Below are positions 29,165 through 38,903 of a DNA stretch of 64,000 bases, one piece after another. The stretch lies in IMG/VR virus record IMGVR_UViG_3300031851_003023. One strand, given 5' to 3'. The first letter of the stretch is position 1, and every line of letters begins with the position of its first letter. Under the pieces are notes generated by a model that saw nothing but the letters and a program-made list of their open reading frames with translations, had not been told where the DNA came from and did not search any database. A program made the position numbers and the translations under genes. This stretch comes from an uncultured virus (IMG/VR IMGVR_UViG_3300031851_003023) (lineage: Duplodnaviria; Heunggongvirae; Uroviricota; Caudoviricetes).

Positions 29165-29638
29165 ATGAAAAACACGTTTTACACAATAGCAATTAGTTTG
29201 TCATTGTTGGCTTTAGCACCAACAGCAGCAGCAGACTTAACGTGGAAATTTAAAAACCCTGCATTCCATTATGGCAATGGATATTCTACACACGTTTTAA
29301 GTGTAGAGCAATTACAACACAATAGAAAAACAGAATTAAGAAAAGCTGCAGAAGCTGAAGCTGCACGTATAGAACGTGAACTAGATAATTCAGTTTTAAA
29401 TAAATTTATCCGTAACTTAGAATCACGTATATATGCAACACTGTCAAAACAAATGGTTGATAGTATGTTTGCTGACTGTGGTGACACTTGTGCTAATTCC
29501 GGATCTGCAGACGTAGAAGGTAATAACATATCATGGATTAAAGATCCAGTAACAGGAACAATTACACTTACCATTACTGGTGAGGATGGGACTGTAACAG
29601 AAATTGTGATTCCAGGTATGGGAGAATTTAATTTCTAA
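29165..29638 (+). CDS. csgF: Curli assembly protein CsgF-like
   Basis: Signal peptide then LTWKFKNPAF..GNG; FIRNLESRIYATLS. Confidence 0.85.
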   Translation: MKNTFYTIAISLSLLALAPTAAADLTWKFKNPAFHYGNGYSTHVLSVEQLQHNRKTELRKAAEAEAARIERELDNSVLNKFIRNLESRIYATLSKQMVDSMFADCGDTCANSGSADVEGNNISWIKDPVTGTITLTITGEDGTVTEIVIPGMGEFNF

Positions 29639-29639
29639 T

Positions 29640-30509
29640 ATGCGAATACCAACTATCATTGCAACATTATTTTTCCTAGGCGGGTGCGCAATGAACCCGG
29701 CAATTCAAGTGCTTGAAGAGCATGCAACATCACCTAAAGCACAGGTAAGTCCAATACAAAAAAGAATGGAAGATGTACCAAAAGTTGATGGAAGAAAAAT
29801 AACAATAGCGGTTTATGGTTTCCAAGATAAAACAGGACAACGTAAGCCAGCGGATAGTATAGCTAATTTAAGTAGTGCAGTAACACAAGGAAGTGAAGTT
29901 TGGGTTATAAAAGCACTACAGGATGTCGGCGGCGGCGACTGGTTTGAAGTTGTTGAACGTGTAGGCATGGACAATTTAATAAAAGAAAGGCAACTAATAA
30001 GGCAAACAAGAGAAGTTTACGAGAAAGAACTTCCTACAGGACCAACTCCGTTAAAACCGATGCTATTTGCAGGACTACTCCTTGAAGGTGGAATAGTAGG
30101 GTATGATAGTAATACGGCTGTTGGTGGTGCAGGAGCAAGGTACTTAGGCTTAGGAATACAGACAGAATATAGAATTGATACTGTAACTGTAGTTATGAGA
30201 CTAGTAAGTGTTAGTACTGGCAAAGTACTGATGAGTATAGCAACCGAAAAAACAATCGCAAGCTATAGATCCGGAGCGGATATATTTAAGTTCTTTGATT
30301 TAGGAACTAGGTTAGTGGAGACAGAAGCAGGTTTTTCTGTAAATGAACCAGTCAATTATGCTGTGAGGGCAGCAGTTGAACAAGGTGTTATAGAACTCAT
30401 TTACGAAGGAGAACGCAAAAATCTTTGGAGATTTAAAGACGAATCTTCTGTACCCATAAAGGAAACAAATAAACAATCTGAGGCGTCTGCGAGTATCGCT
30501 TCAGAATAA
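29640..30509 (+). CDS. csgG: Curli secretion channel CsgG lipoprotein
   Basis: Lipobox LGGC; AVYGFQDKTGQRKP, SSAVTQG, WFEVVER, EGGIVGYD, NEPV. Confidence 0.95.
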   Translation: MRIPTIIATLFFLGGCAMNPAIQVLEEHATSPKAQVSPIQKRMEDVPKVDGRKITIAVYGFQDKTGQRKPADSIANLSSAVTQGSEVWVIKALQDVGGGDWFEVVERVGMDNLIKERQLIRQTREVYEKELPTGPTPLKPMLFAGLLLEGGIVGYDSNTAVGGAGARYLGLGIQTEYRIDTVTVVMRLVSVSTGKVLMSIATEKTIASYRSGADIFKFFDLGTRLVETEAGFSVNEPVNYAVRAAVEQGVIELIYEGERKNLWRFKDESSVPIKETNKQSEASASIASE

Positions 30510-30523
30510 GAGAGGGCAATTTA

Positions 30524-31219
30524 ATGAAAAAAATATTTTATACAATACCATTACTCTTTGCTTTTAGTGTTCCTACTTTCGCAAACGATATCTATGTTAC
30601 GCAGATTGGTGACAATCTAGACTTAGATATTGTTCAAGATGGTAGTAACAACGTAATAGGAACATCGACTACTGATGTAACATTAGATGGCGACGACATG
30701 ACATTTAGTATTACACAACAAGGTGATTCAAACACTATTTCGGCTATAATCAAGGGTAACACATACACAGGTACATGGAGTTTTATCGGAAACAGCAACA
30801 CCGTTTCTTTATTATGTGATTCGACTTCAGGCACTAACTGTGAAAATGTCACAGCTAATATCACCACTAACGGTGATAGTAATGCGTTCGTTATCACAGC
30901 TGGAGAAAGTAATGATGCTGAAAATTTAGTAGCAAACTTTACTATCGACGGCGACGGTAATACTATTAATACAGATATTGATGGAACTAGTGTAGCACTA
31001 ACATTGGTGAGTGATAACTCAGCAAGTACAGCTGCTACTGGTAATACATTCACAATTGATGTAGACGGTAACGGAGACATAAATGGGCATACTATTAATA
31101 TTGACGTAACAGGCGGAGGTAGTACATATGATATTACTCAAAGCGGTCTCGGCGATAATACAATAGAAGCTACATTTAGCGGTGATGGCCAAGATGTTGA
31201 CATTACACAATCTGACTAG
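30524..31219 (+). CDS. Curlin-like repeat protein
   Basis: Signal peptide, NDIYVTQIGD, repeated Q-x-G-x-x-N / I-x-G-x-x-N units. Confidence 0.8.
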   Translation: MKKIFYTIPLLFAFSVPTFANDIYVTQIGDNLDLDIVQDGSNNVIGTSTTDVTLDGDDMTFSITQQGDSNTISAIIKGNTYTGTWSFIGNSNTVSLLCDSTSGTNCENVTANITTNGDSNAFVITAGESNDAENLVANFTIDGDGNTINTDIDGTSVALTLVSDNSASTAATGNTFTIDVDGNGDINGHTINIDVTGGGSTYDITQSGLGDNTIEATFSGDGQDVDITQSD

Positions 31220-32345
31220 AGCGGGCCTAGTTTTAGGCGCGATCCTTTCTACTATCCCAGCAAATGCTAATACGCCTGATGCAGGTGCAATTGGTGCGAT
31301 CAAAGGGTCTGGTGTATTAGAAAGAGATAGTCAAGTTATACAAGGAAACACGGGAGTCAACGTACAAAGTATGGATACAGCGGTTACCGCTAAAGGTAAT
31401 ATGCGTATTGACTTTGTAGATGACACCCGTGTTGATCTTACAGATCACAGCAGACTTTTAATTGATGAGTTTGTATACGACCCGGCAAATGATGTAGGGT
31501 CAATAAGTTTAAAAGCATCACTAGGCACAGTAAGATATGCTAGTGGGCAAATAGCAAAACGTTATCAACAGAACGTAAAAATTAGAACACCAAGTGCAAC
31601 AATCGGTGTACGTGGTACAGACTTTATAATGCTTGTAGACGAAATAGGCGGAACTATGGTAACACTATTACCTAGTTGCGATACACAAGGAACATGTATC
31701 ACAGGTGAAATTAGTGTAGAAAGCGACACAGGAATGGTTATTATGAATCAGTCATTCCAAACTACAGTAATTAAATCTTCTTACCAAAAACCTTCTAAAC
31801 CATTAATACTAGACCTAGATGAAAAAGATATCGGAACACTTTTAATATTAAGGAAACGTAGTCCGTACCAAGAAGAAGAAATAGAAATACTTAAAAAACA
31901 AAGAGCTCAGTTTGAATTTTTAGACATTGATTTTTTAGAGACAGACGTACTTGATAGTGATGCACTAGTAGATAGCATTAAAGATATATGGGCAACAGAA
32001 TTATCAAGAGGCGCAGATTATTATTTAGGCGAGCTATTATATGATATGATAGATCAATTAAACTTAGCTCTTGCGGCATTGTTTAGAAATGAACTAGACA
32101 AGCAAAACGAACAATTTTTTACAAACCAGAAATTTGGTTATGATGATAAAACAAGAATAACACTAGACAAACAAGATCCAAATTGGGTAGTACAAAGAAC
32201 AGACCTAGGTGTTGTTAATAATCTTCGGTTAACGTTGTCTCAGGACAGCGGATATATTATCAACATGGAACAGCAGGGCGAAGCTGTTTTAGATTATAGA
32301 TTAGGCAACGGCACTAACGCTATAGACATAAGGCAAGGACAATGA
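31182..32345 (+). CDS. FecR-domain protein
   Basis: Signal-like N-terminus; IDEFVYDP, GTVRYASG, RTPSATIGVRGTDF. Confidence 0.85.
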   Translation: MMAKMLTLHNLTRAGLVLGAILSTIPANANTPDAGAIGAIKGSGVLERDSQVIQGNTGVNVQSMDTAVTAKGNMRIDFVDDTRVDLTDHSRLLIDEFVYDPANDVGSISLKASLGTVRYASGQIAKRYQQNVKIRTPSATIGVRGTDFIMLVDEIGGTMVTLLPSCDTQGTCITGEISVESDTGMVIMNQSFQTTVIKSSYQKPSKPLILDLDEKDIGTLLILRKRSPYQEEEIEILKKQRAQFEFLDIDFLETDVLDSDALVDSIKDIWATELSRGADYYLGELLYDMIDQLNLALAALFRNELDKQNEQFFTNQKFGYDDKTRITLDKQDPNWVVQRTDLGVVNNLRLTLSQDSGYIINMEQQGEAVLDYRLGNGTNAIDIRQGQ

Positions 32346-33538
32346 ATATAACAGGAACACATTTAGGAATTTTAGTTATAGCATTATATTTTGGTGCGCA
32401 GGCCTGTCAAGCAAATGAAATTTACATAAACCAAGTAGGTGACTATACTGACTTGACTATCTCACAAGACGGTGATGATAATACAGTTACTGGTCTGTCA
32501 GGCGGCACTAGCAAAGCAACAATTAGTGGCAACAATACTAGTACAACATACAACCAAACAGGTGATGGTAATGCTATAAAAGTTTATACGTCTGCTGGCA
32601 ACGGTATTAGTAACGCAACTCAAACAGGCAACGACAACGAAGCACGTTTAGACTGTCACGGTAATAATTGTGTGCTTGCCGTTACACAAACAGGCAACGA
32701 CAACTATGTTGCGGCTGAAGTTGGTAATGGTGGCGACTATGATCAAAGTATTACAGTTACACAAAATGGTGATGATAACGTAGTTTCAGTCGAAGCTGAC
32801 GGAGACGACAACACTATTGTTATTGACCAGGACGGCGACAATCATATGGCGTATGGCTACGGTAACTCACCTATTACTGGCGATAGGAATACACTAACAC
32901 TAACACAAAACGGATCACAATACGAACAAGCAGAAGTTGCTGTTATAGGCAATGACAATACAGTAGATGGTTATCAAGGTGGCGGCGGCGAAAGCAACTT
33001 TGGCAGACTGGTATTAATAGGTGATGATAACAACGTAAAAATATGGCAGGGCAAGCAGATAGATGGTACTACTGACTCAACAGAAGGCGGCGACCACAAC
33101 GCATATGTTTCTATTGCGGGAGACAATAACGATTTTCATTCAGCGCAAACTGATCAAGCCACAACCTGTTGTTGGGCATCACACGATTTGTACGCTGGTA
33201 TAATTGGCGACGATAATGAAGTAAACTTATCACAACGTAAAAATGGTGCTCACACAATGTATGTTAACATAGACGGAGACGACAATAATGTTGATGTGGC
33301 GCAAAATGGAAACCAAGGCTCAACATACCTTGATCTTGACATAGAAGGCAACTACAATCTAGTTGATATAAATCAACACGGTGGTGGCGCACACAGTGCA
33401 ACTATCGATTTGTCAAGTACATATGGACCAGCATACGACTTTAGTTTAGAACAACACAGCAATTCAGCAAAATCATACACAATGACAAGTATATGCACTA
33501 ATCCTAACGGATGTAGCATTAGCGTAACACAATACTAA
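32342..33538 (+). CDS. Long curlin-repeat protein
   Basis: Signal peptide, NEIYINQVGD, many QTGNDN/QDGDDN repeats, C-terminal CTNPNGC. Confidence 0.85.
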   Translation: MNITGTHLGILVIALYFGAQACQANEIYINQVGDYTDLTISQDGDDNTVTGLSGGTSKATISGNNTSTTYNQTGDGNAIKVYTSAGNGISNATQTGNDNEARLDCHGNNCVLAVTQTGNDNYVAAEVGNGGDYDQSITVTQNGDDNVVSVEADGDDNTIVIDQDGDNHMAYGYGNSPITGDRNTLTLTQNGSQYEQAEVAVIGNDNTVDGYQGGGGESNFGRLVLIGDDNNVKIWQGKQIDGTTDSTEGGDHNAYVSIAGDNNDFHSAQTDQATTCCWASHDLYAGIIGDDNEVNLSQRKNGAHTMYVNIDGDDNNVDVAQNGNQGSTYLDLDIEGNYNLVDINQHGGGAHSATIDLSSTYGPAYDFSLEQHSNSAKSYTMTSICTNPNGCSISVTQY

Positions 33539-33550
33539 GAAAGGTATAAA

Positions 33551-33742
33551 ATGATAGTTAGTAAAATGCCTCTAGAGATAATGAAAGACGGGCCTCTAGC
33601 TAAAGCAATAGAACGGGCAAAAACAGACCCTATAATAGTACACAAACATAAACCAAGTGCATGGTGGAACAAGCACAACGATCAAAAAGAAATAATTTAC
33701 AATCAAGCAAAGAAAAGCAACCAAAAAATAATAATACTATAA
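33551..33742 (+). CDS. Small hypothetical protein
   Basis: AAGG SD. Confidence 0.45.
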   Translation: MIVSKMPLEIMKDGPLAKAIERAKTDPIIVHKHKPSAWWNKHNDQKEIIYNQAKKSNQKIIIL

Positions 33743-33763
33743 TTATATTGTAATAAATACATT

Positions 33764-35812
33764 ATGACGAAGTATATCACACATTGGTCTGTGACTTTAA
33801 TTACAGCACTAATTATCTTTATGTTTCACTATGGGAATAGCACTTTAGTAGAAACAGCTCGACTCAAGCAATTTGATTTACTTCAACAAACAGATGAGTT
33901 CAAAACCTCCCAAGATATTGGTATAGTTGCTATTGACGAGGCCGCCATTGAGAAGTACGGTCAGTGGCCTTGGAAGCGTGATGTTATTGCAGATATAATC
34001 TGGAAACTTCGCGAAGCAGGTGCTGGTATTATTGTAATACCTATACTATTCTCTGAGCCTGACAGGCTAGGTGGAGATCAAGTATTAGCCGAAGCACTTG
34101 TAGATAATGGCGTAGTAATAGCTCAAACAGGCACTACGTCAGTCAATCGAAACTCTGTTCCTCGCGGAGTTGCCAAAATAGGAAACCCTTTACCATTTCT
34201 GTTTGAATGGCCAGGCATGTTGGGTCCTATTCCTCTACTAGGTCAAAATGCCGGTGGTGTTGGAGTTATAAACACAGCACCCGAGGTAGATGGCGTTATA
34301 CGCCGTGTACCATTGATCATGCGTATCCAGGATGATACGTACCCGTCACTCGCGGTAGAGGTAATTAGATTAGCCACAGGGCAACCATCTTATCAAATAA
34401 AAGCAAATGAAGGTGGTGTAGAAAAAATCCGTGTTCCGAGTTACCCAATTATAAGCACAGACCCTAATGGCCAAATCTGGTTACGTTGGAATAAAAAGTT
34501 TGACACAATAAGTGCGATCGAGGAAGACTTTTCAGTCTTTCAAGGTCGTACTGTTGTCATAGGAATAACAGCAGAAGGTCTAGGCGGTATGATAGCAAGT
34601 CCAACAGGACCGCAATACAACTACATACCTGCAGCTGTTACACTACAAACTATGTTAGACGGCGATCAAATACAACGACCGTTTTGGGCAGACCTAGCTG
34701 AACTAGGGACAACAGCGGCTGTATCTGTAATTGCAATAGCAACAGCGGCACTTGCACCGTTTTGGGCTGTAGGCGTACTAATAGTACTAGTAACCGGCGG
34801 ACTTGCGTACGGAGCGTTATATGCATGGCAAGAGTACTTGTATTTGTTAGATGTTACTATGCCTATACTTGCGTTTGTACTTGTAAGTTTACATGCAGTA
34901 TTCAACAGATTTGTAAGTGAGTACTTACAGAAGCAAGAAATAAAGAAACAGTTTGCAGGATATGCATCACCAACAGTAGTACGTTTACTACAAGAAAATC
35001 CTGCACTAATCAAAGACGGTATGAAGAAAGAAGTTTCAATTTGTTTCTCAGACCTAAGAGGCTTTACACCATTGGGTGAATCATTTGGTGATGATGTAAA
35101 AGGCCTTACTCAAATTATGAATGGCTATATGGATGCTATTACACAACCAATACTTGATGCAGATGGTATGGTTATAAAATATATTGGTGATGCAAGTATG
35201 CACGTACATAATGCACCTATAGAAGATAAACATCATCCACGTACGGCTGTACAATGTGGACTAGATATGTTACGTGCTGTGGAGAAATTTAATGATAAGA
35301 TTGTTGCTGAAGGACGACCTCCCGTTGGTATGGGGGCAGGGATCAATACTGGACTTGGATACTTGGGTGAAATGGGAAGCACAGCTAGACACAGCTATGA
35401 CGTACTTGGCGATGCGGTCAGCACAGCGGCAAGAATTGAAAGCAAATGTAAAGAATACGGATGTGTCCTTTTAGTAGGAGATGCTACATATCAAAAAACT
35501 AAAACAGACTTCTTTTATTTAAAGATAGACGACTTAGCCGTAAAAGGTAAAACAGTTGGAATTGGTATTTGGACAGTGTTAGATAATAGACGCCCTGCAT
35601 GGAGAACAGCACAACGTAAGCATGAAGAAATGTATGAAGCGTACCTTGCACAAGACTTTGACAAGGCGATAGAGTTATGTAATCTGTTACATGGACATTT
35701 TGATGGTAAAATGAGCGGTTACTATACTATGTGGATAGAACGCTGTGAGTTCCAAAAAACCCAGGACTTACCTAAAGACTGGAACGGTGTTTTTATAGCA
35801 ACGACCAAATAA
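33764..35812 (+). CDS. CHASE2-domain class III adenylate cyclase
   Basis: CHASE2 motifs (IDE..IEKYGQWPW.R, DGVIRRVPL), three TM helices, FSDLRGFT, KYIGDA, GDAVSTAARIES. Confidence 0.93.
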   Translation: MTKYITHWSVTLITALIIFMFHYGNSTLVETARLKQFDLLQQTDEFKTSQDIGIVAIDEAAIEKYGQWPWKRDVIADIIWKLREAGAGIIVIPILFSEPDRLGGDQVLAEALVDNGVVIAQTGTTSVNRNSVPRGVAKIGNPLPFLFEWPGMLGPIPLLGQNAGGVGVINTAPEVDGVIRRVPLIMRIQDDTYPSLAVEVIRLATGQPSYQIKANEGGVEKIRVPSYPIISTDPNGQIWLRWNKKFDTISAIEEDFSVFQGRTVVIGITAEGLGGMIASPTGPQYNYIPAAVTLQTMLDGDQIQRPFWADLAELGTTAAVSVIAIATAALAPFWAVGVLIVLVTGGLAYGALYAWQEYLYLLDVTMPILAFVLVSLHAVFNRFVSEYLQKQEIKKQFAGYASPTVVRLLQENPALIKDGMKKEVSICFSDLRGFTPLGESFGDDVKGLTQIMNGYMDAITQPILDADGMVIKYIGDASMHVHNAPIEDKHHPRTAVQCGLDMLRAVEKFNDKIVAEGRPPVGMGAGINTGLGYLGEMGSTARHSYDVLGDAVSTAARIESKCKEYGCVLLVGDATYQKTKTDFFYLKIDDLAVKGKTVGIGIWTVLDNRRPAWRTAQRKHEEMYEAYLAQDFDKAIELCNLLHGHFDGKMSGYYTMWIERCEFQKTQDLPKDWNGVFIATTK

Positions 35813-35949
35813 GTATTGATAGTATACAACCTGAAGTTATTCCTAGCCACCAACCAAGCATTATGAGTTTGCTATCTTCTTTTCTTCTATTTTTAAGATA
35901 CACCTGTGTTGCTTCGTTTTGACTCTCTAACCACAAATCATACTTTGAT

Positions 35950-36294
35950 TTATACATCTTTCTTCCTCCTTGCTTTTGTAGTAGGCTGATAGTCTGTATC
36001 AGTAATTTTTTCAATATCAGCCGGATCAAGATCAAGAGTTTTTCCAGTAAGTTTTTCATACTGCTCTTTAAACTCTAGTACCATTTGAATTTTTTGTGTT
36101 AAGCGTATCATGTCATTGTCTAACATGCGTATTCTATCTATTAGTGCAACAAGTGTAGAACTTGCTTGTCCTAGTACTGGTTTAATTTCGGTTGTAACCC
36201 ATTTCCAAACATAGTAAACAAAGTAACCTAATCCCATAGCGGCAACTATTGGAAATCCGTATTGGTTAATTGCTTCTATTAATGAACTACTCAT
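35950..36294 (-). CDS. Small membrane protein, GFPI paralog A
   Basis: YGFPIVAAMGLGYFV TM helix; LIDRIRMLDNDMIR. Confidence 0.7.
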   Translation of the reverse strand: MSSSLIEAINQYGFPIVAAMGLGYFVYYVWKWVTTEIKPVLGQASSTLVALIDRIRMLDNDMIRLTQKIQMVLEFKEQYEKLTGKTLDLDPADIEKITDTDYQPTTKARRKKDV

Positions 36295-36521
36295 AATTCT
36301 GTTTCTGCTTTGGCAGTCTCGTGTTTTAGTAATAATGCATTAACAGCATCACTTTTTACTAGCACACCGTTTTCGTTAACAATAAACACATCACCAGGTT
36401 TATAAAGGTAATTTTCTTTTTTTGATCCGTCTTTCATAAACCCCATTACTTCGCCAGGCCAGTCGCCTTTAATTGTAAAATTCTCGCCTATTTGTTCAAC
36501 TTGATAATCGATCCATAACAT
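36291..36521 (-). CDS. Hypothetical protein
   Basis: Coupled by overlapping start/stop between the two paralogs. Confidence 0.6.
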   Translation of the reverse strand: MLWIDYQVEQIGENFTIKGDWPGEVMGFMKDGSKKENYLYKPGDVFIVNENGVLVKSDAVNALLLKHETAKAETEL

Positions 36522-36799
36522 TAGTCTCTCCTTGCGTCTTCTTTGCCTTCGTTTGCAGCCATTCTGTCTATATTTGGTTTTACATTAAGTGCATAACTTA
36601 GTAGGGCATCAATTTTAACTAGGTCATTATTCATAGTTTGGACCCTGTTATTTAAAGCACTTATCATGCCCATAAGACCTTTGACTGATCCTGTAACACT
36701 TTCCAATATAAAACGTAGTGTAATAAAAACAAATAATCCGGACGCAAGAGCGCCTGCGATTGGGAAGCCTACTTCGCCTACTACTTTTAAAAAATCCAT
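36521..36799 (-). CDS. Small membrane protein, GFPI paralog B
   Basis: VGFPIAGALASGLFV TM helix; LNNRVQTMNNDLVK; GAGGG SD. Confidence 0.7.
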   Translation of the reverse strand: MDFLKVVGEVGFPIAGALASGLFVFITLRFILESVTGSVKGLMGMISALNNRVQTMNNDLVKIDALLSYALNVKPNIDRMAANEGKEDARRD

Positions 36800-36826
36800 A
36801 TATGCCCTCAGTTAGTTAGTATTAAG

Positions 36827-36991
36827 TTACTCGGAGTCTTCTTCCTCATCATCTGGAATGATATGATAACATGCCCCGCATAACCCAGTTTTGCTGACGT
36901 CTCCACAATGACAATCCTCACCACAGACTACGCACTTTTGATCGTTGTCAGGAGCCTTGGGGGTGTGGATGTTTTCAGGTAAAACGTTCAT
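36827..36991 (-). CDS. 54-aa Cys-rich metal-binding peptide (not in ORF track)
   Basis: MNVLPENIHTPKAPDNDQKCVVCGEDCHCGDVSKTGLCGACYHIIPDDEEEDSE; ATG 5 nt after TAAATA. Confidence 0.6.
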   Translation of the reverse strand: MNVLPENIHTPKAPDNDQKCVVCGEDCHCGDVSKTGLCGACYHIIPDDEEEDSE

Positions 36992-37013
36992 ATAACTATT
37001 TATATGAAAGTGG

Positions 37014-37042
37014 TTGACTTTTGATACGTTAGATGCTAATAT
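37014..37042 (+). promoter_or_regulatory. sigma70-type promoter
   Basis: TTGACT-N17-TAATAT. Confidence 0.55.
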
Positions 37043-37085
37043 ATATAAGTTAGTGGAAAGCTGACATATAACTTAGGAGTAATTT

Positions 37086-37643
37086 ATGAGCAAATTAGGC
37101 AATGCTGTACCAAGCGTTGATTTTAAATATCGTGTACGAACAGATGGAAATCCAATTACATTTGTAGATGAAACAAATGGTGATGCAAATCCGTTTGATT
37201 GGAAGACTGTAAATTCAAGTGAAATATTTGAAGGTAAGAAAGTTGTAGTGTTTTCACTACCTGGAGCATTTACTCCAACATGTAGTACATACCAAGTACC
37301 AGGATTTGAAGGCATGTATGAACAATTTAAAGCACAAGGTGTTGACGACATTTATGTTGTAAGTGTTAATGATACATTTGTAATGCGTAAATGGATGATT
37401 GACCAAGGTGTCAAAAACATTAAATTTATTCCAGATGGTACTGGCGAGTTTACTGAAAAAATGGGCATGCTTGTATGTAAAGATCACGTAGGCTTTGGCA
37501 ATCGTTCATGGCGATATGCTATGGTAGTAGACAATGGCACAATTACAAACTTCTTCGAAGAGCCAGGTCTAAACCAAACAGGTGATGACGATGACCCATA
37601 TGGTGAAACAACTCCTGAAGCTGTTTTAGAAGCGTTGAGCTAA
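37086..37643 (+). CDS. Peroxiredoxin (Prx5 type)
   Basis: SLPGAFTPTCS, SVNDTFVM, GFGNRSWRYAM. Confidence 0.95.
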   Translation: MSKLGNAVPSVDFKYRVRTDGNPITFVDETNGDANPFDWKTVNSSEIFEGKKVVVFSLPGAFTPTCSTYQVPGFEGMYEQFKAQGVDDIYVVSVNDTFVMRKWMIDQGVKNIKFIPDGTGEFTEKMGMLVCKDHVGFGNRSWRYAMVVDNGTITNFFEEPGLNQTGDDDDPYGETTPEAVLEALS

Positions 37644-38203
37644 TGCAAATAGACTCAGTCTTTAATAATTTTATTGCACACCAAGAACTTAACGTCAGTA
37701 ACAGAGAAGATATTGTTACATGGTGTAAAGAACATGTGATTGATAACGATGGACTTTTTGTTGATTCAAGTGAACCTGTATTTAATGAACTGGGAGGCGC
37801 TGTTACTAAGTGCCTTGATGAGTTGCATACTAAACTAGAGTTTAGTGACGACTACGAGCAACGTATTAAACAGTTTTGGGTCAACAGTAGTTTTAATCAA
37901 CCTATTGTAAGACCACACAGACATCCAGATGGATTCTTTTCAGCGGTATATTGGCCGTTAGCTGATGACGATGCTAGTCCGTTAGGCTTTATTAGTCCTA
38001 ACCAGCAATTAGCACATGTAATTAGACCCGAGTATGTAAAAAACTTTAACAGCATGAACAGTGAACAGTTGTTTATTCCGCCTAAGACAGACTTACTACT
38101 TGTATTTCCAAGTTGGATGTGGCACTTTGTAGCACACAAGGATGGCAATTCTAATAATAGAATTAGTATTGCGTTTGACAGTGTGATTTGTAAAAAGGAT
38201 TAA
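37643..38203 (+). CDS. Putative 2OG-Fe(II) oxygenase
   Basis: WVN, HRH, SAVYW, FPSWMWHFV, RISIAF. Confidence 0.8.
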   Translation: MQIDSVFNNFIAHQELNVSNREDIVTWCKEHVIDNDGLFVDSSEPVFNELGGAVTKCLDELHTKLEFSDDYEQRIKQFWVNSSFNQPIVRPHRHPDGFFSAVYWPLADDDASPLGFISPNQQLAHVIRPEYVKNFNSMNSEQLFIPPKTDLLLVFPSWMWHFVAHKDGNSNNRISIAFDSVICKKD

Positions 38204-38204
38204 C

Positions 38205-38759
38205 ATGCAAGACCTACACGAATACTATGATTGGAATCATCTAATTACACGGGATAGTCGTATGGCTATGTGCGGTGATGTTAATGAACTAATATCTAAA
38301 GGTAATTATTGGACTAATAGTCCTAAGTACCAAACTAATGTTAATGTGTTTGGGTTGCCTAATGAAAATTGGACTAACTTAAAGATGAGTTTTATTTGGA
38401 GTTGTTTTGCATTTATGAAACAAGAGCGACAAATAAAAAATATACAAAGTTGGAGTTATAGGACTAGTCTTAAAGATCCCGAGGATAGAGATACACTTTG
38501 GCATCATCACAATCACAATACCGAAACTACTACTGTGAGTGGAGTGTACTATATGCACTTGCCAATAGCTGGAGAAGTAGTTGGTCCACAAACCGCAGGC
38601 ACAGAGCTTGCACCAAACGGACCAGAAGGCGATGAGAAATACTTTACGCCTTGGAGAGAAGGACACTGGATGATTTATCCAGGAAAGATATGGCACAGAC
38701 CTGGCATACTACATACTGAAGAAGACAGATATATTGTAGCAGCTGATATGGAATTTTAA
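38205..38759 (+). CDS. Putative 2OG-Fe(II) oxygenase
   Basis: WHHHNH, SGVYY, IYPGKIWHRP, RYIVA. Confidence 0.7.
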   Translation: MQDLHEYYDWNHLITRDSRMAMCGDVNELISKGNYWTNSPKYQTNVNVFGLPNENWTNLKMSFIWSCFAFMKQERQIKNIQSWSYRTSLKDPEDRDTLWHHHNHNTETTTVSGVYYMHLPIAGEVVGPQTAGTELAPNGPEGDEKYFTPWREGHWMIYPGKIWHRPGILHTEEDRYIVAADMEF

Positions 38760-38762
38760 TGG

Positions 38763-38791
38763 TTGACAATCTCAATAAGATCAATTATAAT
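38763..38791 (+). promoter_or_regulatory. sigma70-type promoter for tRNA-Arg
   Basis: TTGACA-N17-TATAAT. Confidence 0.85.
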
Positions 38792-38803
38792 AAATTATAT
38801 TAC

Positions 38804-38880
38804 GCGGCTGTAACTCAGCTGGATAGAGTACCTGGCTACGAACCAGGAAGTCAGGAGTTCGAATCTCTTCAGCCGCGCCA
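38804..38880 (+). tRNA. tRNA-Arg(ACG)
   Basis: GCGGCTG/CAGCCGC acceptor, CCTGG-CTACGAA-CCAGG arm, GTTCGAAT, encoded CCA. Confidence 0.95.
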
Positions 38881-38903
38881 ACACAGTTTTTAGGAGAACT
38901 ATT

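Noticed and set aside
30524..33538. Repeats as a CRISPR array or DGR template/variable repeats
   Set aside because: Repeats are degenerate protein-level curlin units; no identical spaced DNA repeats, cas genes or reverse transcriptase seen in the window
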